Assembly (NCBI GenBank): GCA_964187785.1
Contig: OZ076410.1
Location: forward strand, 63,612,001 to 63,676,000
DNA length: 64,000 nt
Reading direction: 5' to 3'
From: Amphiscolops sp. MND2022
Taxonomy: Eukaryota
Shown here one piece after another: positions 25,054 to 37,500 of this stretch. A model generated the notes under the pieces. It was given only the letters and a program-made list of their open reading frames with translations, ran no database searches and had not been told where the DNA came from. The translations under genes and the position numbers were made by a program. The number at the start of each line of letters is the position of its first letter. Positions within the stretch are counted from its first letter, which is position 1.

Positions 25054-28000
25054 ATAATGGAACCGATTTTGAAATCCCTAGCCATTCTAATACATTTTTC
25101 ATCACAGCCAAAAATGACTCCAAAAAGTGGCAGGAATACGCGGAAACGCTAGCAGTCTTGTACAACCATGGGGTCATTACGGTGAAGGAAGCAAATTTGA
25201 CAAAAGATTTGAGAATTGAACCCGACTTAGCCGAGATGATATCAGAGACTGGTAATGAACATATTCTCAAGTGGTCTTGGTATGCTTTTCGCAACAACTT
25301 CACTCACAAGATGAGGCAACCCTACATAGCACTCCAGAAGCTTCAAAACAAATACGCCAAACTGAACGGGAAGAAAAGCGTAGCTGAACGCTGGGTTAGA
25401 GACTATGAGATGAGTTTGAGCGAGTACAAAGAGCTGATTGGCCAAGTTGTTTATGACACCATGCCTCTGTACCGAAAGTTACATGCCTATGTAAAGTTCA
25501 AGCTGTCCCAGAAGTATGTGTACTTGCACAACTGGACTCACATTCCAGCTCATTTGCTTCGGAACATGTGGGCTCAGGACTGGGGTCATCTAATAAACAT
25601 CACTTTACCTTTCAAAGAACTCGCGGTGGACTCTACACAAGCGTTGAAGGACAAATTCAAAGGGAATATTACGGCCTTAGTGAAGGTGAGTTGACTAGAC
25701 AGTAAATTTGATTGGAATAGTCTTTTTTCAAACCTACTATTGGAGCTTTGATTTATATCGTGATCTTCCAAATCTTTAATACCACCCCAAATGTGGCTAG
25801 TAAATGCTTTCAGATACAAGCAGCAATTCAATTCACTCGGAGCAAATTTATTTACTCTATGCTTCCCGTTGACTTCGGAATTTGCCGCTTTCATGTATAG
25901 AAGTTTTTTTGAAAAAATTGATTTGATGTGATGATTTTCCAGAATGTGGAAAGCTATTACGTCTCAATTGGATTTCCTCATCTTCCTGAGTCTTTCTACA
26001 ACAAATCAATTTTGGAAGAGGGCAATCTCACAAAGTCTGTAGACTGTCATGCTTCTGCGCATTCGATGGTGTATCCCAGATCGGATGTCCGCTTCAAAAT
26101 GTGTGGCAAGATCGACCGAGATATCTTCTACACGGCAACTCATGAAATGGGCCATGCCTACTATTACCTTTCTTATAGCAACCAGACCTTCCTTTTCTAT
26201 AATTGTTAGTCTTTCTTGATTATGCTATTGATTTCATTGTCACCAAAAATTTTGATTTTTTCATCGCTATCCGGATCTTTCTGTGATCTTCAGAAATGCA
26301 CAATCATAAAGAAATGCATTGAAAAATTATAATATATAGAAATTTCTTTATCAGGTGTGATATCAACATAAGGGCCTAGCAAAAGCTGATGCGTCGAGTT
26401 AGATCATTTACCCTTTGTCTGTTGTTTTAGCACCCAATCCTGCCTTCCATGAATCAATTGGTGACACAATAGCATTGATGTCGAATGGTCTCACGCACTT
26501 CCAGAAAACGCATTTGTTAACTCGCCCTAAAAAGAAACTCCAGGCTCGTATGCAGCGCATGAACTACCTTATGCTTGCAGCCCTGGAGAAAATACCCATC
26601 ATCTTCTTCAGCTATGTGATTGACAAATGGGTTTTCGATTTCTATGAAGTTAGTAGTTGTTCTATTTGATCCGGATGTCTAATTGGGTATTTTATGTAGA
26701 TCTTGCATCAATGTGAAAAGCATGAAGCTCATCTGTCATAGCTTTTTGGACTTGCATTAGAATTTCGCATAGCGTCAATTTTCATCGGAGGGCATTCTGA
26801 GCCTTTTGGTTCGAGCGTATCATCGCTGATGTAGTAACAGGACGCTACCAAAATTTTGCGCTCGTCTAACTGAATGAAAAATTGTTGTGCGTAAACGTTT
26901 CATAGTTTTTATATCGTTCTTCAAAAAACTGACCATTTGAAAACTGAAGAGTACTTGGCAAAATTAATTCAACTGGAGTTGACGTTTTATCAATGCAGGA
27001 TAAAGTCCCAGAATCCAACATGAATGGCCACTGGTGGTACCTTGTCAAGACGTACCAAGGAATTGTGCCACCAAACGGAGAAGAAAGAGGGGAAGAATTT
27101 TTTGACGTCGGTGCGAAATACCACGTGGCCAATTTGCGTTACATTTATACGAGGTATCAGCTCGCTAGACTTCTTCAGTTCGAGTTCTTGCGTCAGCTGT
27201 GCAAAGAGGATTTGACTAAAGGTGTCCCTTTTGATCTCTGCGATGCAGAAGGCAAAGTGAAAGCTACCAGAAGGTTCAGAGAAATGTTGACTTTGGGGGC
27301 CTCCGAGTCATGGAGGGAGCAGTTGAAGTTCGTCACTAATGGGGAAAAGGACTATTTCGAGTAGGTGTTTCTTCCATATTTTACTAAATATTTTTTTCTT
27401 AAACATATTTAGTTGTGCCAAAGTTACCATCGGTAGTCGTATTCTTGTTCCAAATTCTTTCTAAAAACTTGTATTAACTGTAATTGTATTAAATGCAATT
27501 GTATTAACTCGCATCATTTTGAGAATCGAGTAGGACCGAGAAGTTCATATCAATTTGTTACCAGAATATTATACTTGAAAGCTTTATCACATAGTGCCGT
27601 GAATTTCTAAAAATGAACAGCAGTTTTTTCTCAATGAACACCAAAAGACGCTGTTTCCATTTATAAGCGAACCAAAAATGTTTGTTGTTTTGATGCTTTT
27701 GACTAGAATATATCTCTATCATTTTGAGAATCTAATAGGACCGAGAAGTTCATATCAATTCGTTACCCGAATATTATACTTGAAAGCTTTATCACATAGT
27801 GCCTTGAATTTCTAAAAATGAACAGCAGTTTTTAGGAGTCGGAAAAAATTTTCGACTACTTATGCAATCGTGCTGTTTTTTTTTGTTTTTTTCTCCCGAC
27901 CTTTTCATGAAAATTTCAAATTTCTCAAAAACTGTCCATACGATTTTCACGAAATTTTGCACAGTCATTCTACACCCAAAGGGGCCCCTGCGTGTGCAAA

Positions 28001-28930
28001 GACATCAAAATCGTATTGCTGGGATGTGAGAAACATAGCCCAAAAATGGCCAAAAAACAGCCATTTTTCGACTTTTTTCGATTTTCTCAAAAACTGTCCA
28101 TACGATTCGAACGAAATTTTCTACAGTTATTCTACACCATATTAGAGTCCTATATGTGCAATGGCATCAAAATTGTATGGCTGGGATGTGAGAAACATAG
28201 CCAAAATTAGCCCAAAAATGGCCAAAAAACAGCCATTTTTCGACTTTTTTCGATTTTCTCAAAAACTGTCCATACGATTCGAACGAAATTTTCTACAGTT
28301 ATTCTACACCATATTAGAGTCCTATATGTGCAATGGCATCAAAATCGTATGGCTGGGATGTGAGAAACATAGCCAAAATTAGCCCAAAAATGGCCAAAAA
28401 ACAGCCATTTTTCGACTTTTTTCGATTTTCTCAAAAACTGTCCATACGATTCGAACGAAATTTTCTACAGTTATTCTACACCATGTTAGAGTCCTATATG
28501 TGCAATGGCATCAAAATCGTATGGCTGGGATGTGAGAAACATAGCCAAAATTAGCCCAAAAATGGTCAAAAAAGGGCCATTTTTGACTTCAGAAGGAAAA
28601 AGACCTAAGCCGACTCCTTTACCGCACATGCGGCTCTGGTTTCTCAATGAACACCAAAAGACGCTTTATAAGCGAACCAAAAAAGTTTGTTGTTTTGATG
28701 CTTTTAACTAGAATATATCTCTAACTAAAACTTCCAAACCGGAACATGCCCTCTATAACTATATTCGTATGTGAAGTGAATTTCTAATCGGTGTATGTAT
28801 CCATTCAAACATTTCAGACTGATAAATTGTTTGTTTCAGCACAAAAGTCATGCTGCAGTATTTCAAACCATTGGAGTTGTGGCTGGATCAGTTTCTAAAA
28901 CTCAACAAAATTTCGGTTGGATGGCAGTGA
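25054..28930 (+). CDS. ACE: Angiotensin-converting-enzyme-like peptidyl-dipeptidase (peptidase family M2), single domain; 5' end not resolved
   Basis: Exons 25054-25685, 25943-26204, 26431-26648, 26999-27360 and 28840-28930 have GT-AG boundaries and consistent phases. Motifs are PAHLLRNMWAQDW, CHASA, HEMGH (26141-55), NPAFHESIGD, GAKYHV, YTRY and LQYFKPLELWL...VGWQ*. A possible upstream exon with FDWKE lies at about 24927-24983. Confidence 0.92.
27510..28712. mobile_element. Tandem Helitron-like non-autonomous element(s) in ACE intron 4
   Basis: Repeated head cattttgagaatc...gaacagcagtttt (27516, 27720) and repeated tail gaacaccaaaagacgc...gatgctttt(g/a)actag (27636-705, 28650-712) ending in CTAG. 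Confidence 0.45.
27990..28570. repeat. 172-bp tandem repeat, about 3.5 copies
   Basis: ORF starts recur at 28161, 28333 and 28505. Unit aaaatggccaaaaaacagccatttttcgac...gggatgtgagaaacatagcc. Confidence 0.95.
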
Positions 28931-29700
28931 CCGACTTCATTCAAACATCATATGGAACGTATTATATCAGCTGAATGAGAGCTTTAGAGAAGAACCTATA
29001 TGTATGTGTCCGTATGTCAGTGTGCAAAATCAGTTATGTGTTTGAATATCTAGCAGGTTCAACGTCGATTGAATTAATCAGTGTTTTTGGTGTTCACCGT
29101 TCAAGTAACCGATAACGAAATTATCTGGTGTTGTAAATCAATCAAAATTTATTTCCCAGTTTATTACCCAAGTATTTTATATGTCCTTGACCACAGATGA
29201 AATTATCTTGATTTTTCAGGATTGTATAGAAAAGTAAAACAATTGACGTGATCAAACTGTGCAGATTGCTAAATGGATTTATAGATTTCTTCATCTGACG
29301 AGAGTAATTAAGTTATGATATCAAGTTTCATCCGAAGAAGAAGTTCTCAGCGATCTCTCTGTCATTGAATTACGTGAAAGCGGTTGGAATAGAAAATACT
29401 GGTACTTGAAGTTTCTGAAAGCATATCGCTGCTGTAAACAGTATCTAAGTGGGTATCTATCTGAACAGGAGTGGAGAAAATTCACTGACTTGTCCGTCTG
29501 TTGTAACGATAATTTTTTTCTGGCGGGGTAATTTTCAGGTGGAACCGCTGTTGTATTTTCCATAAACGAGCAAGGTTTCCTATGTAATTTATCAATTTTC
29601 ATGGTTTTCTGAAAAACCCTGACTAGCGAAAAAAAAACATTTAATTCCTCAATTAAAAGATACATCAATTTGTTTCTTTAAAAAAGGCAGTGTAATTAAT

Positions 29701-29823
29701 AATAAACAAGCTTCATGCATCAGTTACACAATTAATAAAATTATGAAAGCGGTAATCTCTGCGAGAGATTACCGCTTTGATAATTTTATTAATTTTGTAG
29801 CTGATGCATGAAGCTTGTTTATT
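29701..29823. other. Near-perfect 60-bp inverted repeat (foldback) with 3-nt loop
   Basis: Arms 29701-29760 and 29764-29823 differ at only 3 positions, with loop gcg. Confidence 0.95.
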
Positions 29824-30149
29824 AATAATACCACCATTTTTTCCACTGTTTCGGTTGATCAATTTCCTTCGCCATTTTATTTGAGAAAAATGCTTCATTT
29901 TTGTTCTATATGTTTCAGAGGAAAACTTTTTTTGACCAAACATGATGGTAGGCTGTTCCACAGGGGTAGAATCCTTATAAAGAAAATTTTTCTCATGATA
30001 CCAGTAGAAGTTATTGTATTCCATACAAGTTTCTTAGTTCAATTGTGATACTTCATTTTAGCTATTGGTATTGTGTTAGTACAACTGAAGGCTGGTAGTA
30101 AGTTATTTTGATATTTCCAGAAATAAAAACCAAATTTATAGTATAGAAA

Positions 30150-32930
30150 AAGCCTTATTGGAAATATATTGTGTTTAATTTACAAATCACTAGATGTGTC
30201 CAGTTTTTGACGATTAAAACATGCTTTTACACCCCAACGCAATTGTTTCTCAAGTGTTGTTAGATTTTGCGAAAGGCCTTGAAGCAATATTGCTGGATAT
30301 TGATGACTAAGAACTAGAGCATTCAGAAGTAATAGACAAGTTTTCCGGTAGGAATTGCTTCATTGCATAGATTGGTTTAATACCACAGGCCATTTTCTTC
30401 AAGACATGTTTTTTTTTCCTTTTCGTATGGTAGATTTTGGTCTAAGTGAACTCCAAGTGAATATATTCTACAAAAGAACGAAGATTTATGGAGTGATTTT
30501 TCACTTGGAATGGGAGATTTTTTGTTAATTGGTTCTGCGAGTTCTTGCAGAAGACAATGAATTCGGTTTTATCTTCGTTGAGATTAAGTCTATGACTTTC
30601 AAAATATTCAACTAAACTAGCAATATTTTTTCGAGAAGTTGTTTAGCACTTTTGACATTTGTCGGCAACAAAAGTATCATCTGCATATTGGACTATCGTA
30701 CATGTTTCGTCAGTTATGTTCTGCATACTGTTAACGTAGAGGTTGAATAAAAGGTCCAAGTACCGTACCCTAAGGAACACCTTGGAATAGGCTAATCCAA
30801 TCTGATGACGTATTTTGGAGAATTACTTTTTGAGTTCGCTTGGTTCGATAGCTTTTGATTAGGGCAATTGCAGTACAATCAAAATGATAATCTTCGAGTT
30901 TTTTCAGAATTTCATGAGAAATTGAGTCAAAAGCTTTTGATAGATCGAGGAAGGCAGCTGCTACCAATTTATTGTTGGTAACGTCTGATGTTTTCAGTGG
31001 CATAAAAAAGGGCATCAGTTGTTGAATGTTTTGCGCGAAATCCAAATTGAATAGAACTTAGTTGGTTGTTCATTAAGATATTCAACCATTTGATTAGGAG
31101 TTACCTTTTCAAAATTTTTTGATATTGCCGATGTGATTGACATTGCTCTATAATTATTTGGTTCTTCGGTGTCCCCGTTTCTGTATATTTGTACAACATG
31201 TGCTCTCTTAAGATGATTTGGGAACCTTCCTTCTAAAAAAGCGTTTATCAAATAAGTAAGTGGTTCAGCTTTGATATTGAGACAATCATTGTGTGCCCAA
31301 GCAGGAATATTAGATGGTCCGAGGGGTTTGTTTGAATTCAATTGTTTAACTGTTTGCTCACACTCAGAAAGTGTTAAGGAATTCAGATTGAACATGTTTT
31401 CCGCCTGATAGGACCATCAATAGGTTCTTTGCTGAATGTTCTTGTTCGACCTAAATAGTCACCCAGTTTCGGAAATCTATAGTTTCGAAAATCCAGTTCG
31501 AAGATTTGCTATTTTCGTTTGATCGGATAGTTTCTCCAGAAACGTTTTCATCATCATCTGTTGCCGCCTTGTCCCAGCTGGCTGAGGTTGGCGGGGCGTC
31601 CCTGAATCGTCGAACGCCAGAAAACCCTATTGAGGGCGTCCACTTCCGATAATCGGCGAGCCTTCAGTAGCTCCCGCACAGCGTTATCCCAGGTCTTTTT
31701 GGGCCTACCGGGTGGCCTTTTTCCGGTAACACTGAAATTGTGTGCCGCTTTGATCGGGTGGGTGTCTTTTCGTCGCACCACGTGCCCAAACCATCTCAGG
31801 ATACTGGTTTCCAGACATTCAATTACATCAGGCTGTATTCCAAGCCTTCTTCTCAGCTCCTCCGATGGTAGGCGGTCCACTAGGCGAACTCCGCACATCA
31901 TTCTCACCATCCTCCGTTCCGTACTCTGCAATCGCAGCTTCAGGTTGGTAGTTAAACTCCAAGTCTCGCATGAGTAGAGTAGAACAGGGCGCACACATCT
32001 ACTGTAAATGAAACCACGCTGTCGAAGGGAGAGCCCGTGCTTACCGACAAGTGTACCTCTCAGGCGTCTGAAGGCGTACCAAGCAGATTGAACTCGGTGG
32101 CTTACCGCATCCTCATAACCACCGCTTGCGTTCACACAATGCCCGAGGTAAACAAACTTATCCACCCGTCCTAGCTCACCGAAATCTTCCTCCGAGGTGG
32201 TCACCGGATCAGTCGGTTTTGCACAACTCACACAAAGTTCCTTGGCGAATTCAGACTTCCCCGTATTTTGGAGCATCTTTCAGGAACGTTTTCAGGAATG
32301 AAATTGTTTTGGTTTTTAGTGAACCTCTGGCTTCGTTTATGGAATTCCATTTTTGTCTGTCATTGGATAGATCAGCAAAAGATTTTGTTTTATCTTGATT
32401 ACGATCTGAATTTGCTTTGAAATGCCTTATATTTTTCGTTAGAAGGATGCATGTTTTGGTGTATTTGTTTGTGCAGCTGTTTAGTCTTTTTCGAAACCCA
32501 GTTCTGATGTATTGTGAAGTTATTTTCATCGTTCCGGAGGAAGACTTGTTTTCAATATCGATTTTGAAGATTTTTCAAAGAAATCTGAGAGTATTGAGAA
32601 CAAACCTGCTGCTCAATCTTGTCTGTAGAAATACTCTCAATCGCAATTTGCACATATTGTTCTTTGTTATACGTTTTCTTATCAAATATCGTTTTTCTGA
32701 GAACTTTGGATGGTTTTATCATTTGATGTTGTAATCACAGATGTGGCTAGATGGTCAATGGGCTTTTTGCCAATAGTACGAAGTGTATCGGAAACAAAAG
32801 GTGAAAAAAAATCAGCATTGTTGTTATCTATTATGTAGTCAATTAATGTTTTTGCACATGACGAAGTCAATGTGCATTGCAGTCCAGCTAAGAAAGTTTT
32901 TTTTTCCACAATAGCCAACTTCATAATAAG
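30150..32930 (-). mobile_element. Decayed CR1/L2-like LINE ORF2 (endonuclease tail + RT), split by an RTE insertion
   Basis: KTLIDYII...PIDHLAT (APE end), LNSNKPLGPSNIPAW, HLKRAHVVQIY...NYRAMSITSAISKNFEK, AFLDLSKAFDSISH, QGVP and QYADD motifs on the minus strand. Confidence 0.88.
31551..32280 (-). mobile_element. 5'-truncated RTE-clade retrotransposon with (GAT)n tail and 14-bp TSD
   Basis: Open 240-aa frame with DKFVYLG, VRPVLLYSCETW, LRWFGHVVRR and GKRPPGRPKKTW. Tail gatgatgatga. TSD cagaaacgttttca (31537-50) / caggaacgttttca (32281-94). Confidence 0.92.
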
Positions 32931-32951
32931 CGCCTTTTAGAGAAAAGCCAA

Positions 32952-33023
32952 AACCCCAGAGAGATTCGAACCTGCAGCCTCCCGATTGCGCGGCATAAGT
33001 GTTAACCACTGTGCCATAAGGAC
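32952..33023 (-). mobile_element. tRNA-derived SINE-like head / tRNA pseudogene
   Basis: GTCCTTATGGCACAGTGGTTAAC (A box) ... GCAGGTTCGAATCTC (B box). The anticodon and T stems do not pair properly. Confidence 0.55.
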
Positions 33024-34544
33024 GTTATTGAATAAAGTTGAACTGTTGAATATATACGCATGCGATTAAAATAATATATATACGCATATTAAAATAATCG
33101 TTGTCTTCGTCATGTGTTGCGAAGCACCGCTTCGCCTCTGTGTTGATGTACCCTTTATCCTCGTAGGTTCATCAGTATTCCTAACTATCAGTATTAAATT
33201 CGGTCAACTGGTTGTAAATTATTTCTGGTCCCCTTACTTGGCAAAATCATATTTTTCGAACACAAAAAAAGAGTGTAGAAACTTCTATCAACTTAAAACG
33301 GTTTGTGGAAGAACCTTACATTTTAAAGAAGGTATATTCAACCCTTCGAAAAAGTGTGTTCACCAAAACAAGAGGCAAATCATGCGCACTACAGATTCAA
33401 AATAGGGTAAATACTGCGGTCATGAAATCGATTAAAAATACCGAATTGAATGCAGATTTAGAACGAATGTCGTTGTTAGCAATACGTTTACCATTAGTAC
33501 TGACAAATGTGAACTAATATCATTCGGATCGAAGCAGAAACGTTATCGAACTAATGACGTATCAAAACCCTTGCAAATATTTTCGCATAAATTCGGATTG
33601 CGGAATGCGTTTCAGCTTATCAATTATATTTTTAAAATTGAACAAGTTTTGTGGCTTGATATAAAGTGTTCCCCAATTGAATCTGAAGAAATGTCTCCTG
33701 ATAGTTTCTAAAGGTTTTTGCGAAATAACTTTTATGGTATTAGCGCTCATGGAATAGCTACAAAAACTAATCTGAAGAAAATTGAAAAAAAAATTCGATT
33801 ACTAGCAGGTGTCTTCTCATGATGGGATTCTCACCATGTTCGAGCTCCATATGTTTAAAATTATTAAACTATTCAGGCAAATACGTTCCGAGGATCCTGT
33901 ACTCAATTAACTCCAAAGGAATGAGTCGGAAACAAATACGTCAACAGAATTGGATCATTGGTAAGAATTTTTTTCTTGTCTTCAAATTGAGAGCATAAAC
34001 ACTAATATTTCTAAGTCTTGAGAAAACTTTCTGAAACCATTCTATATTTGTCCCGAAGCTAATCTTCTGGGGTTGGGGCTCGAAAAGTAATTGTGTTCCT
34101 TCCCCATCCTCATTGAGTATTATGTTCAATCAATTTTGTACCGAAGTTAGTTTATTGTTTTTATAACCAATTGAATTAACGTTCTTTTTTGCAATGCCTG
34201 AAACTCATGAAACGAGTAATAAAATAACCTCGCAAACATCCGTCATTCGTAAACTATTTTTTGTTCATGGTAAGTGAATGTAAAATACAAAAGTAGTGAA
34301 TGATAAAATAAATTGAAAACATTACCTCTGACCAGTTGAAAAACCTCACTTGAAAAACTTCACAAGTTTTGAACTCGGAACTGGAAGCTACGTGAAACTA
34401 CCCACGGCAAATATCATTAAATTGATGGTTCAACGCAACTCATAATGAGTATCACAACAAAACTTGAACTGTTTAGCTCGTCTATCATTATCATATGATC
34501 AGAGAGAGCTTCATTCACTGGTGGTTTGAAATTTTCCATCGCAC

Positions 34545-37500
34545 AATTTACATTTCACAACTTGATCATGATTCTTCCATTCATAAGCGCCGAAAATCAA
34601 ATCATCGAGCAGAAAACCCCCGCAATTCGTAGCTTCCGCTTTTTCCACTCTGTATCCCAGTAAGAAATCCCTACGTATTTTGGTGTTTAATCTGGTTGTT
34701 TTTCCGTCGGCGTGCAAACGAGTTTTATTCTTTGTTTTTCGCACAAATCACGTATAGAATATATTTTCATAGCGAAATGTTTTGTTTTTTCCATGATGCA
34801 TGGCGTTTACTCAGCGCTATGCTGGCTTGATTATCAACATACAAACAAACAGGTTCATCCACACTCATGCCCAACTATCCCAGCTAACCAGACAAATACA
34901 CACACACTTGAGCAACACTCACATGCAATAGTCTCAGCTTCAGGTGTTGATGTCGCCACACTACTCTGAACCTTACTTGGCCAAATCACACAGACCGATC
35001 ATTCAATCTAAAATAATCGCCAGATGTACTCTTTCTCTGATCTTCGTTGCCAGCGCAATCAGCATCAGAATATCCCTCGTAACTAACACCATCAGGATTT
35101 CTACTATACACAAGACCGTCTTTCGCAGTTCCTTTAAGGTACCGAAGAACATGCTTAGTCGCTATTCAGGGTTGTTCACCAGGGTTTTTGAGGAAAGCGC
35201 TGAACACCTGTGCTATGTCAGGTCTACTTGTCATTGACAGATAATTCAAGCTACGTACAAGACCTTTTTAGAACTTGGCCGACATCGAACTGCTCTAAAC
35301 TACCGATGACAGGACACATAACTTTGCAGAGTTTGTTTTTTCTAGCATGAGTGTTGCAGTGGGTTTACACTAAGGTCAACGTAACTCAACAATCACTCAC
35401 TGGAAACACTTTCATCACTTTCTGCAAAAACTCAACAAGGAACCACTCTTACCCTTCAATTTTTTTTGATGGTTTATAACAGAATTGGATGTTTAAAAAC
35501 CCCAAAGGGTCCACCCTCCAACAGTTTTCGGTTTCGCGAGGTTTTCCAAACTCATTATTTTTCGTCTTGAAGTTGGGTTTTCTCAGCGGTCCAGCACGCT
35601 CTGTTCGAATTTTTCCATATTTCTATCCAAATTTCTGCCAATCTTTCTATGCGACTTTTTTCTAATTTCTTTTCATCGAAGACCCCTAAATATTTGGCTA
35701 GAAACGAAACGTTTTATGAGCCTAAAAGACTCCTTAGGGTTTCCGGCACCATGCGACTTACCGAAGGCAGTCATCAAAAAATTGTCAAAAAATTTTTGAT
35801 TTTGTTTTTTGAAACTTTTTCGGTTGAGAACGGTTTTCGGGATTTTTGCTTTTCCCAGTTGAAGAAAAATGTTTGAGTCTCGAGCGTACCCCTCCGGGTG
35901 TTTTTTCGCGCTCTGAAATTGATTCCAACTATAGTGTCTCTTGGAAAGTAGTAGCAAAATTGACCGACTCCTTGTCCATTGGTTGTCCATGTGATATTAC
36001 TTATTTGTTTTCTCTTCAAAAGTTCGCTACTTTCGCAAGTGTTTGTGAAACACAGCTTCGAATCTGTGCCTAGTGTCTAGGTGTTTCACACACCAGTTAT
36101 TATGAGCTACGAGACATAAAAGAACTCACAGTTGACACAGTTGAATGTCACAGTTGACATGCTGCAGGTGAGAAGGGTTGCTTATAATCCGCCCCTTCTC
36201 TTCGGGTGAACTCCTTAGCTACGACCCTTGCCTTTTACCTCTTGTTTCCACCATCAGGACCACACTTAACTGAAATGCCAACGACAACCTATCGCTTTCT
36301 TACCTTCAGGTAGACTAACTAATCTAAACATTGTTCTGACTCAAAGAGTGTAGTTCTTCCATCGCTTCCCTCCAATGTTGTTCCTGTAACGCCTCATATG
36401 TCGAGTTTGGTATATCCTGCTTTATATTTATTGTTTCTTCCATTTCTGTTCTGTAACCTAAAACTTACTCTGTCCGGCTTTTTCTGGTATTTCTTGGTTG
36501 ACATGACGTTGAGGCTTCATTAGAGGTCTGTAAACATGGATTGCTGAGTTGGCCATTATCATACACTCCCTTCGTTGCACTATCTTGGTTATGCTTTACG
36601 TCATCATTGACATCTAAGGCAGTTCGGCTATATCGTTATCTTGGTTACTGGCAAAGCACATTTCCTCCATCGAACTTTATACTACTCTATTTAATGACTT
36701 TCAGTTTTAATATATCCGGAATTCCAAAAATGTAAGTCTTGTAGTCTCTTAAAAACCCGAGAAAGACACTCATCTTTGTCCATCTTCTTCCTGTACTGGT
36801 TTCCACAAAAGCCCAAACCTTTCATCCAAATGAGAAACGAAATATCAGATTTGACTCCATACATTTTCTCATGCAGGGTCATGTCTATTCCTGAATGGAA
36901 ACAGTAATTTTTCACATAAAAAGAACAGTTCAAGGCAAATATCCAGTTTTCCTTGCTAAGACCAGACTGATCCAACATGCACCTTTTCATGTCGGTGATG
37001 GTTCCCCACGGTCTTTCAATCTTCCATTTTCTTCTGGAGTGTATCGTGCCGATGTCCCACGTCTTATACCTTCCTTCCGAAGAAACGATTTCAAGTCAGA
37101 CGACACATTCCTTTGCTGCATCCGAGATTTTCATCTTTGGTTTCCCAATATCCGCACAGATTTCTTGAAATTTCTCCAAACATTCCTCTCTACTCTCCGC
37201 AAAGTACACACTGATGAAGCGCGAGAAACCATCTGCAAATCCAATTGCATACTTGTGCCTATCGATCGACTCCTCACCAATCGGACTCAGAACATCGATG
37301 TGCACTATATCAATTACTTTTGTGGTTGTAACATCTCTAGGAACGGCTCTGCATTTCGCTTCGTTCGTTTCACGTCTCACAAACATCAACTCAACTGCCT
37401 TTCCTTCCACAAGCATCCGGTCTACATGATGGCGAATTCTCTTTATATCTGGAAACTTGCTATGTCCTAGCCTTTCATGCCATTGGTATAGACTTGTGGC

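Noticed and set aside
24614-25303. Minus-strand ORFs of 90 and 132 aa
   Set aside because: The 132-aa ORF is largely antisense to ACE coding sequence and the 90-aa ORF lies just upstream of it. Neither has a recognisable motif.
27870-28711. Repeated ORFs (MASK.YGWDVRNIAK...) resembling a repeat protein or a CRISPR-like array
   Set aside because: They are translations of a 172-bp tandem repeat with no unique spacers, located in an intron of a eukaryotic gene with no cas genes.
29321-30024. Two minus-strand ORFs (115 and 103 aa) as a gene
   Set aside because: They are in different frames with no recognisable motif, and one ORF is partly made by the foldback. Left unannotated pending RNA data.
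32952-33023. Functional tRNA gene
   Set aside because: A and B boxes are present but the anticodon and T stems do not pair. Treated as SINE or pseudogene.
33100-34330. Possible minus-strand host gene exons (e.g. 33562-33750, 33941-34129)
   Set aside because: No consistent splice phases or recognisable domain could be assembled, and there are many stops.
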